Positions 38,911 through 50,161 of a DNA stretch of 64,000 bases are shown in pieces. A program made the translations under genes and the position numbers. Numbering within the stretch: position 1 is the stretch's first letter; each line of letters starts with the position of its first letter. The DNA is from an uncultured Oscillospiraceae bacterium (GTDB taxonomy: Bacteria > Bacillota > Clostridia > Oscillospirales > Ruminococcaceae), in NCBI GenBank assembly GCA_910587135.1, contig CAJULF010000006.1:8518-72517 (forward strand), given 5' to 3'. A model generated the notes under the pieces. That model worked only from the letters and a program-made list of their open reading frames with translations. It was not told where the DNA came from and searched no databases.

Positions 38911-39497
38911 TATACAGCGTAAAAGGTGAGCTTATACACACCGAGCCGGGGCTTGCGGTGGTGGAATGCGGGGGAGTGGGATATGCCTGCCGCACCTCGC
39001 GGCAGACTCTGAACAGCATTAAAACGGGCAGCGAGGTGAAGCTTTTCACTTATCTGCACGTTTCGGAAAACTCGCTCGATCTGTTCGGGTTTTCGGACAC
39101 TATGGAGCTTTCCTGCTTCAGACAGCTCATCTCGGTTTCGGGAATAGGTCCGAAAGCGGCGCTTTCGGTGCTTTCGGAGATATCTCCCTCCAAGCTGGCG
39201 CTTTGCATAACCACGGGCGACGCGAAAACACTCACGAAGTGCCCCGGAATAGGGTTAAAAACCGCACAGAGGATAGTGCTTGAGCTAAAGGACAAAGTTG
39301 CAAAGGAGCAGCACGTTACCGCATCGGAATTCGCGTCAATACCCTCGGCAGGCGGAGGCAGCGTCGGAGAGGCTCTGTCTGCGCTGGAGGTGCTCGGATT
39401 TGCCCCCGCGCAGGCGGCGGCGGCTATCGCGGGATCGTCCCCCGAAGCGTCCGTGGAGGAGCTTATAAAATTCGCGCTTAAAAATCTTGGAAATTGA
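38907..39497 (+). CDS. ruvA: Holliday junction branch migration protein RuvA
   Basis: GGVGY, LFGF, VSGIGPKAA, PGIGLKTAQRIVLELKDK. Confidence 0.96.
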   Translation: MIYSVKGELIHTEPGLAVVECGGVGYACRTSRQTLNSIKTGSEVKLFTYLHVSENSLDLFGFSDTMELSCFRQLISVSGIGPKAALSVLSEISPSKLALCITTGDAKTLTKCPGIGLKTAQRIVLELKDKVAKEQHVTASEFASIPSAGGGSVGEALSALEVLGFAPAQAAAAIAGSSPEASVEELIKFALKNLGN

Positions 39498-39518
39498 CAG
39501 GGAAAGAGGGCGATCACG

Positions 39519-40457
39519 CTGAACAAAAAAGAAAAAACCAATTCGCCGCAAAGGACGGCGGTGATATCCGTCTGCATAACGGTGCTTTGCGCTTTTGCCA
39601 TCATATTTATTAGCGATCTCAATATCGGCACTATCGCCGCGGTAGCCGCGGTATGCGGCTTTGCTTCAATGGTCACGGCGCTTTACGTTATCGTCAAGTA
39701 TATATTCAAGCCGTATATAGACCGCCGCAGAGCGGCACTGAGGGCTTTGGGGACTCACGGGGTGAGCAAGGTCAACAAAGACCCGACAGCGCGTCTCGCG
39801 TATAAGGGTATCTATGAGTTTTTCAAACAGAATTTCGCAAAATCTGAGGAGTATCTTAACCTCGCGCTCAGCCGTTCGGATTTCCGCCAGAATCAGCTTT
39901 TCTGCATAGAGTGGCTGATACATCTCTACGAGGCGGCGGACAATCTTCCCAAGCTGTTGTGGTGCTACCGCAAGGCGGCGGAATACGCCCCCGACAACCC
40001 GGAATTCCAGTCGCGGCTGGGACATGTATATTATGTGGACGGTAAGCTTGACAAGGCTATGTACTGCTTTGAGCAGGCGCTGAGGTACGATCCAAATCAC
40101 GGGTACTCCTATTACAGCATAGCAAAGATACAGATAGTGCGCGGCGAGGATAAAAAGGCAGAGGAAACGCTGAATACGCTCATCAAAATAAACGAAAATC
40201 ACCCGCTCGTGTATTCGGAGCTTGCCACGCTTGCGGCGATGCACGGGGAAAACGAGCGCTGCGAGGAGTATTACAAAAAAGCGCTGCTTTGTGGCTATAA
40301 AGACCCCGACGAGCTTCAGAAGCGCATTTCCGCGATAATGAAATTCGGGAACACCGAGGGCGTGGACGGCGGCGATCTGCCCAACGAGTATTACCGCCGC
40401 ATAGAGCCAAATGAAATGAAAACGGACGGTTCGGAACTGCCGAAGGAAAAGGATTGA
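39519..40457 (+). CDS. Membrane-anchored tetratricopeptide repeat protein (start CTG 39519 or GTG 39561)
   Basis: Two N-terminal TM segments; TPR units such as '[24 protein letters not shown]'. Confidence 0.82.
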   Translation: MNKKEKTNSPQRTAVISVCITVLCAFAIIFISDLNIGTIAAVAAVCGFASMVTALYVIVKYIFKPYIDRRRAALRALGTHGVSKVNKDPTARLAYKGIYEFFKQNFAKSEEYLNLALSRSDFRQNQLFCIEWLIHLYEAADNLPKLLWCYRKAAEYAPDNPEFQSRLGHVYYVDGKLDKAMYCFEQALRYDPNHGYSYYSIAKIQIVRGEDKKAEETLNTLIKINENHPLVYSELATLAAMHGENERCEEYYKKALLCGYKDPDELQKRISAIMKFGNTEGVDGGDLPNEYYRRIEPNEMKTDGSELPKEKD

Positions 40458-40461
40458 TAAA

Positions 40462-41517
40462 ATGCTGGAGATGTCAAAGGACGATATAGAGTTTGAGGCG
40501 AGTGACAGAATCGTCGAGCCCGCATATAATAGCAGTGACGGCGAGGTGGAGCTTACTCTGCGTCCGAAAACACTGGCGGAATATATCGGGCAGGACAAGG
40601 TAAAGGAGAACATGGCGGTGTATATTGAGGCTGCCAAAAAGCGCGGGGAATGTCTTGACCACGTTCTGTTGTACGGACCGCCGGGGCTTGGCAAGACCAC
40701 GCTCTCCTGTATTATCGCCAACGAGATGGGGGTAAATATCCGCGTGACCTCGGGACCCGCGATAGAAAAGGCGGGTGACCTTGCGGCTCTTCTGACCAAT
40801 CTCCAGCCCAACGACGTGCTTTTCATAGACGAGATACATCGTCTTTCAAGGCAGGTCGAGGAGGTGCTGTATCCCGCCATGGAGGACTATGTGCTGGATA
40901 TAGTGATGGGCAACGGACCTGCGGCGCGGTCAATACGCATAGATCTTCCGAAATTCACGCTTATCGGTGCCACTACGCGTTCGGGGCAGCTTTCCGCGCC
41001 GCTTCGCGATCGATTCGGAGTGGTGCAGCGGCTGGAGCTTTACTCGCCCGAGCAGCTCTGCGACATAGTGCAGCGCTCGGCGGTAATATTGGGCATTCCC
41101 TGCATGAAGGACGGCGCTATGGAGCTTGCCAAGCGTTCGCGGGGCACTCCGAGAATAGCCAACAGGCTTCTTAAGCGAGTCAGAGATTTTGCGGAGGTAT
41201 TGGGAAACGGTAAAATAACCCGCTCCATCGCCGACGACGCTCTGAACCGCCTTGAAATAGACGCGCTTGGTCTGGACAGTCTGGACAGGCGTTTTCTTGA
41301 AATGATTATCAAGGGCTACGACGGGGGACCTGTCGGTCTTGGAACGCTCGCCTCGGCGCTGAATGAGGAGGAAGTGACCCTTGAGGACGTGTGTGAGCCG
41401 TACCTTATGCAGCTGGGCTTTGTCGCGAGAACTCCGCGCGGACGCACCGTCACGGCTCTTGCGTACAAGCATCTGGGTATATTGCGCGAGGGTCAGCAGA
41501 CCTTGGACAGTTATTAG
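40462..41517 (+). CDS. ruvB: Holliday junction branch migration helicase RuvB
   Basis: [25 protein letters not shown]. Confidence 0.97.
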   Translation: MLEMSKDDIEFEASDRIVEPAYNSSDGEVELTLRPKTLAEYIGQDKVKENMAVYIEAAKKRGECLDHVLLYGPPGLGKTTLSCIIANEMGVNIRVTSGPAIEKAGDLAALLTNLQPNDVLFIDEIHRLSRQVEEVLYPAMEDYVLDIVMGNGPAARSIRIDLPKFTLIGATTRSGQLSAPLRDRFGVVQRLELYSPEQLCDIVQRSAVILGIPCMKDGAMELAKRSRGTPRIANRLLKRVRDFAEVLGNGKITRSIADDALNRLEIDALGLDSLDRRFLEMIIKGYDGGPVGLGTLASALNEEEVTLEDVCEPYLMQLGFVARTPRGRTVTALAYKHLGILREGQQTLDSY

Positions 41518-41588
41518 TTAAAAGCATGGGGCAGGAAAAAGTTTTCGGAGCGGAATAGATTCTTATAAGATTTAAAGGGGTTTTTCTG

Positions 41589-42950
41589 ATGGGACAGATT
41601 TTTGGAACGGACGGCGCAAGGGGAATCGCCATAACTGAGCTGACCTGCGAAAGGGCGATGGAGATCGGCAGAGCGGCGGCATACGTGCTTACCAAGGAGA
41701 GCGGCAAGGCTCACCCGCGGATATTGGTGGGAATGGATACGCGGATATCCTCCAAGATACTGGAGTGCGCGCTGGCGGCGGGTCTTACGTCAGTGGGAGC
41801 GCAGGCGGAGCTTCTGGGGGTAGTTCCCACACCGGCTGTGGCTTATCTTGTAAAGGAGTACGGCGCGGACGCCGGGGTCATGATATCCGCTTCGCACAAT
41901 TCGGTGGAGTACAACGGTATCAAGCTGTTTTCGGGAGAGGGCTTCAAGCTGCCCGACAGTGTTGAGGAGGAAATAGAAAGCTACATACTGGAGCGCAAGG
42001 CGGAAATAACGCTGAAAGACGGCGTCGACGTGGGCACGATCACCCGCGCGGACGGAGCGGCGCTCGATTATATCAAGCACATAACAGGCTGCGTTCAGGC
42101 GGATCTGTCGGGGCTGCGGCTGGGATTTGACTGCGCGAACGGCAGCTCGGCGGTCACGGCGGGGGCGCTTTTTAAATCAATGAACGCGGACTGCTCCTTT
42201 ATTGAGGATACTCCCGACGGGACGAATATCAACAAAAAATGCGGCTCTACCCACATAAGCAATATCAGCGGATATGTACGCGAAAACGGGCTTGACGCGG
42301 GCTTTGCCTTTGACGGGGACGCGGACAGATGTCTTGCGGTTGACGAGAACGGCAATATGGTGGACGGCGACAGGATAATAGCGGTGCTCGCAAATTATCT
42401 TAAAGACAAGGGACTGCTCAAGGGCGATGCGGCTGTGGTAACTGTCATGAGCAATCTCGGTTTTCATGATTATATGGGCGCGCGCGGCATAAAGACCGTC
42501 TGCGCGAGGGTCGGCGACAGGTATGTTCTGGAGGAAATGCAGAAAAACGGGTATAATATCGGCGGCGAGCAATCGGGGCATATTATACTGTTGGATTTTG
42601 CGACCACGGGCGACGGGCAGCTCACCGCGGCTATGCTGGCAAAGGTCATGAAGGAAACGGGCAGAAAGCTCTCAGAGCTTGTCGCGGATATCACGGATTA
42701 CCCGCAGCTTTTGCTTAATGTAAAGATAACCGAGCAATCGAAGGGCAAATGGGATAAAACGCCGTCTATTTTAGAGAAGATAGCTCTCGCCGAAAAGCAG
42801 CTTGAGGGAAGCGGCAGGGTTCTGGTGCGCGAGAGCGGCACAGAGCCGCTGGTGCGCGTTATGCTGGAGGGCAGGGACAGCTTGCTTGTAGATACGCTTG
42901 CCCATGATATCGCACGCGAGGTTGAGATGCAGCTCACCATGGGCGGATAA
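41589..42950 (+). CDS. glmM: Phosphoglucosamine mutase
   Basis: FGTDG, ISASHN, DGDADR, GGEQSGH, SGTEPLVRVM. Confidence 0.95.
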   Translation: MGQIFGTDGARGIAITELTCERAMEIGRAAAYVLTKESGKAHPRILVGMDTRISSKILECALAAGLTSVGAQAELLGVVPTPAVAYLVKEYGADAGVMISASHNSVEYNGIKLFSGEGFKLPDSVEEEIESYILERKAEITLKDGVDVGTITRADGAALDYIKHITGCVQADLSGLRLGFDCANGSSAVTAGALFKSMNADCSFIEDTPDGTNINKKCGSTHISNISGYVRENGLDAGFAFDGDADRCLAVDENGNMVDGDRIIAVLANYLKDKGLLKGDAAVVTVMSNLGFHDYMGARGIKTVCARVGDRYVLEEMQKNGYNIGGEQSGHIILLDFATTGDGQLTAAMLAKVMKETGRKLSELVADITDYPQLLLNVKITEQSKGKWDKTPSILEKIALAEKQLEGSGRVLVRESGTEPLVRVMLEGRDSLLVDTLAHDIAREVEMQLTMGG

Positions 42951-43004
42951 ACTGCGGATATCGCGCAATGCTCCAAAGCGCTTGCGCAAATCGGGTTCAA
43001 AAGC

Positions 43005-43201
43005 CGCAAAACAATTGAGAGATAAAAGGCGCTGAAAGCCGCCGTAAACAGAACGCTCACACATGAATTTTCCGCAATCCGGCGGGTAGTCAACGCGAAG
43101 CGAGGCGGAGAGTTGACTACCCGCCGGGATAGCGCGAACGTTGCGAAGCGGCGTTCGCAGCGGTGCGGAAAATTCTTTAAAATAACCGGCTCAGGGTCAA
43201 C
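43005..43201 (+). repeat. Structured intergenic repeat related to family 1
   Basis: gaattttccgc (43065) / gcggaaaattc (43165) stem; 5' block 'aattgagagat.aaaggc..tgaaagc' shared with 46919; ends 'ggtcaac'. Confidence 0.75.
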
Positions 43202-43235
43202 AGATCATAGCAGCATAAGGGCTCGGGGCAACCTA

Positions 43236-43362
43236 ATACTAATTCTTAATCTCCGTATAGACATCTTTGCAAAAATAACACTCATATTACTTCGTCAAAG
43301 TTCCTTGTACTATGCGCGGTCTTTTCGCAAATCTTGTCTATACTAAGATGAAGAATTAGTAT
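43236..43362. mobile_element. MITE-like element, family 3
   Basis: About 40-bp imperfect TIRs atactaattctt.atct..gtatagaca / tgtctatac..agat.aagaattagtat. Confidence 0.65.
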
Positions 43363-43388
43363 AAAAATCAGGAGATACTCAAAAATTT

Positions 43389-44273
43389 ATGAGAGTTTCA
43401 AAAAAATGGCAGGATTACTGTCTGATAGATACCGCCGACGGAGAGCGGCTGGAGCGGTGGGGTGACGTCGTACTGATTCGCCCCGACCCGCAGATAATTT
43501 GGAAGTGCCGCGGAACCGCTGCCGAATGGCAGAGCGCTCACGCGAAATATAACCGTTCGTCGTCGGGCGGCGGCTCGTGGGACTATCGGAGAAGTCTGCC
43601 CGAAAGCTGGCAGATAAAGTACGGTGAGCTTACGTTCATGGTGAAGCCCACGGGTTTCAAGCATACGGGGCTGTTCCCGGAGCAGGCTGTGAATTGGGAT
43701 TACTGCTCTGAGCTTATCCGTGCGGCAGAGCGTCCCGTCAATGTGCTCAATCTGTTCGCCTACACGGGGGGAGCTACTCTTGCCTGCGCAAACGCGGGCG
43801 CGTCGGTATGTCACTGCGACGCGGTAAAGGGCATGGTGGATTGGGCAAGAACAAACGCGAGGCTCTCGGGGCTTTCGGACAAGCCCATACGGTGGATAGT
43901 GGACGACGCGATGAAGTTTATAGGGCGCGAGATACGCCGCGGAACGCGCTACGACGGCATTATCCTCGATCCCCCCAGCTACGGCAGGGGCACGAACGGG
44001 GAAATGTGGAAGCTGGAGGACAGCATCTACGAGCTGATGATGTCGGTAACGGAGCTTCTGTCGGACAAGCCGCTTTTCGTGCTGCTTAACAGCTACACAA
44101 CGGGTCTTTCTCCCTCGGTGATGAGCTATCTCATGGAAATGACAGTGGGACAGCGCTTTGATATCGAGGTGCTGTCCGAGGAGATAGGTATCCCCGTAAA
44201 GCAGACGGGAATGGCGCTGCCCTGCGGCAGCACGGCTATAGCGAGGTTCAAAGGTTCAGTTGAACGGCAATGA
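43389..44273 (+). CDS. Class I SAM-dependent methyltransferase (RlmI/RlmK-like)
   Basis: HTGLFPEQ, VLNLFAYTG, ILDPPSYG. Confidence 0.88.
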   Translation: MRVSKKWQDYCLIDTADGERLERWGDVVLIRPDPQIIWKCRGTAAEWQSAHAKYNRSSSGGGSWDYRRSLPESWQIKYGELTFMVKPTGFKHTGLFPEQAVNWDYCSELIRAAERPVNVLNLFAYTGGATLACANAGASVCHCDAVKGMVDWARTNARLSGLSDKPIRWIVDDAMKFIGREIRRGTRYDGIILDPPSYGRGTNGEMWKLEDSIYELMMSVTELLSDKPLFVLLNSYTTGLSPSVMSYLMEMTVGQRFDIEVLSEEIGIPVKQTGMALPCGSTAIARFKGSVERQ

Positions 44274-44285
44274 GGAAAGAATAAA

Positions 44286-46058
44286 TTGGATATAATCAGT
44301 GTGGAAAATCTTAGCTTCGATTATGTGAGCTATGATGACGAGGGAAAAGAAACAGAACGCTGTCGGGTGCTGAAAAATGTCAGCCTGACCGTTCCCGAGG
44401 GGCAGTTTCTCGCTGTGCTGGGACATAACGGGTGCGGAAAATCCACCCTTGCCAAGCACTTCAACGCGATACTCACCCCGACCGAGGGGCGCGTTACGGT
44501 GAACGGCATAGATACCGCCGACGAGAGCAGACTGTTTGATATAAGACAGTCGGTGGGAATGGTTTTTCAGAACCCCGACAACCAGCTTGTGGCGACGATA
44601 GTTGAGGAGGACGTGGCTTTCGCGCCCGAGAATCTGGGAGTTCCGCCCGAGGAGATACGGCGGAGAGTGGACGACGCGCTCAAGCAGGTGGATATGTACG
44701 AGTTCCGCGAGCACGCTCCCCATCAGCTTTCCGGAGGACAGAAGCAGCGTGTCGCGATAGCGGGAATAATCGCCATGCAGCCTCGCTGCATAGTTATGGA
44801 CGAACCTACCGCCATGCTCGACCCCAAAGGCAGGAAAGAGGTAATGAAAACCATAAAGTACCTGAACAGGGAAAAGGGCATTACCGTGGTGCTGATAACC
44901 CACTACATGGACGAAGCGGCGCAGGCGGACAGAGTCGTGGTGATGGATGACGGCAGGGTGATCATGGACGACGTTCCGAAAAGGATATTTTCGCAGGCGG
45001 AGCGGCTGAAAGCCGTGGGGCTGGACGTTCCGCAGGTCACGGAGCTTTGCTGTATGCTGAGAAGCGGCGGGGTGGATATTTCCGGTGAAATAATTTTTGA
45101 GGAAGAGTGCGCCGGTGCGATAGCGGCTTTGCCCATGAAAGAAAAGTTCACCAAGGAGGAAACGGAGCGCAGTGAGAGCGCTCCCGCGGGAGAAGCTCTT
45201 GTAGATATAAGGGACGTTACCTATAAGTACAGCATAGGAACGCCGTTTGAAAAGGTGGCGGTGGACAATGTTTCGCTTTCGGTGGACAAGGGCGAGTTCG
45301 TGGGGATAATCGGTCACACGGGCAGCGGAAAATCCACGCTGATACAGCACCTAAACGGGCTGATCAAGCCCACCTCGGGCGAGATATTGGTTGACGGCGT
45401 GAATATATGGGATAAAAAGATAAATATCCGCGACATACGCTTTAAGGTGGGGATAGTTTTCCAGTATTCCGAGCATCAGCTTTTTGAGGAAACGGTGGCT
45501 AAGGATATCGCCTACGGTCCTAAGAACATGGGGCTGTCAAAAGAGGAAACGGAACGCCGCGTTCATGAGGCGGCGGCAAGCATGGATATAGAGCATCTGC
45601 TTGAACGCTCTCCGTTTGAGCTTTCGGGCGGGCAGCAAAGAAGGGTCGCGCTGGCGGGAGTGCTGGCGATGGATCCGCAGGTGCTTATACTGGACGAGCC
45701 TGCGGCGGGTCTTGACCCCAAGGGCAGGGACAAGATACTTTCGCAGATAAAGCGTTATCATGAAAACTCGGGCAAGACTGTTCTGCTTGTTTCACACTCG
45801 ATGGAAGATATTGTGAAATACGCATCCAAGGTGCTGGTGATGAATAAGGGCAGGCTGTTCTGCTACGATGATACCGACAAGGTGTTTGAGCGGACGGAGG
45901 AGCTTGCGAAAATAGGGCTGGACGTTCCGCAGGTAACCCGAATGTCGCATATTCTCAAGGAAATGGGCGTGGATATCGGCAGCGATATATACACGACCGA
46001 AAGGGCGGCGGAAAGGCTGCTTGCCCTGATAAAAGGACGGGATAACAAAAATAGATGA
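44286..46058 (+). CDS. ecfA: ECF transporter ATPase, fused EcfA1-EcfA2
   Basis: Two complete ABC domains ([20 protein letters not shown] and [20 protein letters not shown]) in one ORF. Confidence 0.92.
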   Translation: MDIISVENLSFDYVSYDDEGKETERCRVLKNVSLTVPEGQFLAVLGHNGCGKSTLAKHFNAILTPTEGRVTVNGIDTADESRLFDIRQSVGMVFQNPDNQLVATIVEEDVAFAPENLGVPPEEIRRRVDDALKQVDMYEFREHAPHQLSGGQKQRVAIAGIIAMQPRCIVMDEPTAMLDPKGRKEVMKTIKYLNREKGITVVLITHYMDEAAQADRVVVMDDGRVIMDDVPKRIFSQAERLKAVGLDVPQVTELCCMLRSGGVDISGEIIFEEECAGAIAALPMKEKFTKEETERSESAPAGEALVDIRDVTYKYSIGTPFEKVAVDNVSLSVDKGEFVGIIGHTGSGKSTLIQHLNGLIKPTSGEILVDGVNIWDKKINIRDIRFKVGIVFQYSEHQLFEETVAKDIAYGPKNMGLSKEETERRVHEAAASMDIEHLLERSPFELSGGQQRRVALAGVLAMDPQVLILDEPAAGLDPKGRDKILSQIKRYHENSGKTVLLVSHSMEDIVKYASKVLVMNKGRLFCYDDTDKVFERTEELAKIGLDVPQVTRMSHILKEMGVDIGSDIYTTERAAERLLALIKGRDNKNR

Positions 46059-46867
46059 TAAAGGATATAACGATAGGGCAGTACTTCCCCGGAAATTCCG
46101 TGATACACAGGCTGGACAGCCGCGTAAAGCTGCTGCTGGACATATTGTATCTGGTGATACTGTTCACGGCGCAGAGCTACACGGGCATTCTTATCGCGAT
46201 GCTGTTTATGGTTATCTGCTATATTCTGGCACGGATAAAGTTGATAATGATACTGAAGAGCATTAAGCCGATACTGCCGCTGATGATAGTCACGGGTCTG
46301 CTGAATATGCTGTTTATCAAGGGAGAAGAACCGCTGTTTCAGTGGTGGATAATCTCGGTATACCCAGAAGGTATACGCATGGCATTGTTTATGCTGATGA
46401 GAGTAGTGGCTCTGATAGTGGGAATGTCGCTGCTGACCTACACCACCTCGCCGATAATGCTGACCGACGCGATAGAGCGGCTTCTGTCGCCGCTGAAAAA
46501 GGTAAGATTCCCCGTGCACGAGCTTTCGATGATGATGACCATTGCGCTGCGGTTTATCCCCACGCTTGTGGAGGAGACCGATAAGATAATGTCCGCGCAG
46601 AAGGCAAGGGGAGCGGAGTTGGACAGCGGCGGGCTGATGAAAAAGGCAAAGTCGCTGATACCCATTCTTATACCGCTTTTCGTATCCGCGTTCAAGAGGG
46701 CGAACGAGCTTGCGGTGGCTATGGAGTGCCGCTGCTACCGCGGCGGGGACGGGCGCACACGGCTGAAAACGCTTAAAACCGCACCGCGGGATTACGTGGC
46801 AGCGGCGGTAATGCTGGCTGTGTTCGGTCTGGTTATAACCGTAAACTTCTTTCCGGTGTTGCCATAA
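46055..46867 (+). CDS. ecfT: ECF transporter transmembrane component T
   Basis: IGQY.PG.S.IH.LD, IALRFIP, AQKARG, AMECR. Confidence 0.94.
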   Translation: MIKDITIGQYFPGNSVIHRLDSRVKLLLDILYLVILFTAQSYTGILIAMLFMVICYILARIKLIMILKSIKPILPLMIVTGLLNMLFIKGEEPLFQWWIISVYPEGIRMALFMLMRVVALIVGMSLLTYTTSPIMLTDAIERLLSPLKKVRFPVHELSMMMTIALRFIPTLVEETDKIMSAQKARGAELDSGGLMKKAKSLIPILIPLFVSAFKRANELAVAMECRCYRGGDGRTRLKTLKTAPRDYVAAAVMLAVFGLVITVNFFPVLP

Positions 46868-46909
46868 AGTGGTTTGTTAAACATCGGAAGAAGGCGACGG
46901 AATAATAGC

Positions 46910-47083
46910 TGCGAAAAAATTGAGAGATCAAAGGCAGTGAAAGCAAACATCGGCGTATCGCCCGCGCATGAATTTTCCGCAAACCTCTGTTAAAGCGGAG
47001 TGAAGCGCAGCGAAACGGAGCTTTCACAGAGGGTTAGCGCAAACGTATGCGTTTGTGCGGTGCGGAAAATTCAAATTAAAATA
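46910..47083 (+). repeat. Structured repeat between ecfT and truA
   Basis: tgaattttccgca / tgcggaaaattca 13-bp basal stem; homologous to 43005-43201. Confidence 0.75.
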
Positions 47084-47827
47084 ATGAGAAATTTAAAAGT
47101 GTTTATCGCCTACAACGGCGCGGAATATCACGGCTTTCAGCGGCAGGACAACGCGCTTACCGTGCAGGAGGTTCTGGAGAAAGCGCTGGGGAAGCTGCTT
47201 AAGATACCCCCGCCGACCGTTTACGGCTGCTCGCGGACGGACGCGGGCGTTCACGCGCGGCGCTTCTGCTTCAACGTGCATATTGACAGCTCTATCCCCT
47301 GTGAGGGCTTTGTAAAGGGCATGAACACTCTGCTGCCGAGAGATATCGCGGTATTGTCCTGCGAGGATGCGGAGGAGGATTTTCACGCGCGATACCGCGC
47401 GAAAGGCAAAGAGTATGTCTATCTGATAAGCACTAAGCCTCAGCGGGATGTTTTTCTGCAAAAGCTCGCCTACCATTACCCACGCAAGCCCGACATAGCG
47501 GCAATGAACCGCGCGGCGCGGCTGCTTGTGGGGGAGCATGATTTCGGGGCTTTCTGCCGCGCTGAGGGAAAAATCCGTGTTAAGTCCACCATACGCACCA
47601 TCTACGACATAAGCGTGACGCAGCATGAGGATATCTGCGAGCTTCGCGTAAGAGGAAACGGCTTTTTGTACAATATGGTAAGGATAGTGGCGGGAACGCT
47701 GCTGTACATAAGCGAGGGCAGGCGCTGCGAGGAGGATATACTGAACGCTCTGAAAAGCGGGAACAGAGCCTTGGGGGGAATAACGCTCCCGCCCGAGGGG
47801 CTGTACCTTAACGAGGTGTTCTATTGA
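47084..47827 (+). CDS. truA: tRNA pseudouridine(38-40) synthase
   Basis: YNGAEYHGFQRQ, SRTDAGVHA, GFLYNMVR. Confidence 0.96.
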   Translation: MRNLKVFIAYNGAEYHGFQRQDNALTVQEVLEKALGKLLKIPPPTVYGCSRTDAGVHARRFCFNVHIDSSIPCEGFVKGMNTLLPRDIAVLSCEDAEEDFHARYRAKGKEYVYLISTKPQRDVFLQKLAYHYPRKPDIAAMNRAARLLVGEHDFGAFCRAEGKIRVKSTIRTIYDISVTQHEDICELRVRGNGFLYNMVRIVAGTLLYISEGRRCEEDILNALKSGNRALGGITLPPEGLYLNEVFY

Positions 47828-47853
47828 GCTTTTGACCCATCTTGGAGGAGAAA

Positions 47854-48987
47854 ATGGACGACAGGAACGATATAAACAAATTCCGCAAAAAAACAAAGCG
47901 GCGAAGTCTTTATTTAAGGCTGGGCGTGCTTGTGCTTGTCGGGTTAACGGCTATACTTTTCGCGGTGAACAGTGACAGGCTGCTTTCCCCCTTCAAGGAC
48001 GCCGCTCTGGATATAGGCTCGGGCGGATTTCCCGTGACGCTGCCGGGCAGCACGGAATACGTTATGGACGAGCTTGGTGATAATTTCTACCTTATGACCG
48101 ATACATATCTGTATACCTATAATTCCGACGGAGCGAATATTGCCAGCATCCAGCACGGCTTTCAGAATCCCGTTTCGGATTCCAACTCCAGAAGAGTGAT
48201 GATATATGACAGAAACGGCAAGGGCTTTAAATTCTACTCACGCTCCGCCGAGGTATATTCAAACCTTCTCGACGATACCATAGTATTCGGGAGTATAGGA
48301 ACCGGCGAGCGCTGCGCGGTGGTCACCACTTCCTCGAGATACTCCAACTATCTTTACGTTTTCAACGGAGAGGGAAAGCAGATATTCCGCTGGGCTTCTC
48401 CTGAAAATAAAATAATGCAGGTCTGCTTTTCCGACAACGATAACAGTATTTTCGTGTCGGTGATTGGTGAAAGGGGCGGGGAGCTTCGTTTAAGCGTTAT
48501 GCGCTTTGATCTGGACAACTCCGAAAGCGCGATATGGCAGACCGAAACGGGCAGCAGCGTTACCTATTCGCTGGAGTTCTGTTCCGAGGGAATATATGTT
48601 GTGACGGAAGACGGCGCGCTTATTCTTGACAGCGGCAGCGGGGAGATAACCGCGCGCTGCGGCTTTACGAAATCTGTATACGGCATCCCCGAAACCGACG
48701 GTCTGAGAGCGGTCATATTCAACGATTCGGGTTTTAACGGTGAAACGGTAGTGGCTTATAACGAGGAGCTTCTGCCGGAGTTTTCGCTCACGCCCGACAG
48801 AATAACCGCTTTTGATGTAAGCGGTGGAAATCTTTACATTCTTTCGGGTACAAAGCTCAATGTCTACGATTCCTCCCTGATGGGGATAAAGGAGTATGAG
48901 CTGGACGACGTTTACGGAGGGGTAAAGATAATCGGTTCTGGCGCGTATCTTCTGGGATACAATTCCGTTCAGCGGCAGGCGCTGTAA
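47854..48987 (+). CDS. Membrane-anchored beta-propeller-like protein (DUF5711-like)
   Basis: GGAGG RBS; basic N-terminus, single TM, beta-rich repeats; precedes CvpA-like gene. Confidence 0.6.
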   Translation: MDDRNDINKFRKKTKRRSLYLRLGVLVLVGLTAILFAVNSDRLLSPFKDAALDIGSGGFPVTLPGSTEYVMDELGDNFYLMTDTYLYTYNSDGANIASIQHGFQNPVSDSNSRRVMIYDRNGKGFKFYSRSAEVYSNLLDDTIVFGSIGTGERCAVVTTSSRYSNYLYVFNGEGKQIFRWASPENKIMQVCFSDNDNSIFVSVIGERGGELRLSVMRFDLDNSESAIWQTETGSSVTYSLEFCSEGIYVVTEDGALILDSGSGEITARCGFTKSVYGIPETDGLRAVIFNDSGFNGETVVAYNEELLPEFSLTPDRITAFDVSGGNLYILSGTKLNVYDSSLMGIKEYELDDVYGGVKIIGSGAYLLGYNSVQRQAL

Positions 48988-49104
48988 TAACGAACCGCGG
49001 TTTTTCACGCCGCGTTCCGAGCGGGAAACGGGCTTGCGTTTGTTCCGCGGAACCGCACAAAACTCGAAAGGAGAGGTGCTTCTTACAAGAGGCACGGATA
49101 GGAT

Positions 49105-50139
49105 ATGGGAACACAATTTGCCTTAATATACGACGTTATTATAATAGCGGTCATAGCGGGAATGACCTTCGCGGGAGCCAAAAAGGGATTCGCCAGCGTT
49201 ATCGTTGGCTTCGTGGCGATATTCGTGGCATTTTTCTGCGCCATGACTTTCAGCGAGCCTATAACCGGCGCGGTATACCGCTCCGCTGTGGAGCAGCCGC
49301 TGGAAAGCGCGGTAGACGAACAGCTCGACGCGGTCATGGGCGGAGCGACACTCAGCGGAATGTCCCACATGGATTACAACATGGTGATAATATCGGGGCA
49401 GCACGCTTCCGTATATCCGATAGATTACGCGGGCACAAGCAAGACGGTGATAGATCTTTCCGATATGGATTTAAGCAGAACCGGAATATCAAACGCGGAT
49501 CTCTCGCTGTTCGGTATAACCGCCGATACGGATTTCAGCTCCGTAAGCGGAAAGACAGCTGAGTTTACCATGGCGGAGATAGAGCAGCATGGGCTTGGAA
49601 AGCTGGCGGTGGCTCAGTACCTGGCGGTAAGCGCCCAAAGCTCCGAATTCTTTGCGGGATTTCTTGATTATACCAAAAAAATAGGAAATGCCGTGCCGTC
49701 CGTTTTCGGTGGGATATCCGACAGCATCGAAAGCGGAAGTATTTCCGTGATTCGGGATATAGTTATTAAAATGGTCGACGGCTCAGCCTCGGTAAAGGAA
49801 GCTGTAATAAACGGAATTATCGAGCCGTATTTCAAGATGGCGGCAAATACGGTCATATTCATCCTGATATTTCTGTTGGTATCGGTGCTGTTGGGAGTGC
49901 TTGCCGCGGCGCTGAAGGCGGTGAACAAAATTCCCGTTCTCGGCGGCTTCAACGCTTTTGTCGGCGGTATCGCGGGGCTGCTTGAGGGACTTATTACGGT
50001 GTTCCTTATCTGCATAGGCGTACGCCTTCTGGTATCGCTGAGCGGTGGAAATATAATGTTTTTTAATGAAATGACAATAAATTCAACCTTCCTTTTCGGG
50101 ATTTTCTATAATTTCGATTTTCTGAATTTTTTGACATAA
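49105..50139 (+). CDS. CvpA family membrane protein
   Basis: 'GAKKGF' N-terminal and 'NKIPVLGGFNAFVGGIAG' C-terminal motifs around a large soluble insert. Confidence 0.7.
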   Translation: MGTQFALIYDVIIIAVIAGMTFAGAKKGFASVIVGFVAIFVAFFCAMTFSEPITGAVYRSAVEQPLESAVDEQLDAVMGGATLSGMSHMDYNMVIISGQHASVYPIDYAGTSKTVIDLSDMDLSRTGISNADLSLFGITADTDFSSVSGKTAEFTMAEIEQHGLGKLAVAQYLAVSAQSSEFFAGFLDYTKKIGNAVPSVFGGISDSIESGSISVIRDIVIKMVDGSASVKEAVINGIIEPYFKMAANTVIFILIFLLVSVLLGVLAAALKAVNKIPVLGGFNAFVGGIAGLLEGLITVFLICIGVRLLVSLSGGNIMFFNEMTINSTFLFGIFYNFDFLNFLT

Positions 50140-50161
50140 TTAAGAAAGATAGGTGATTGAA

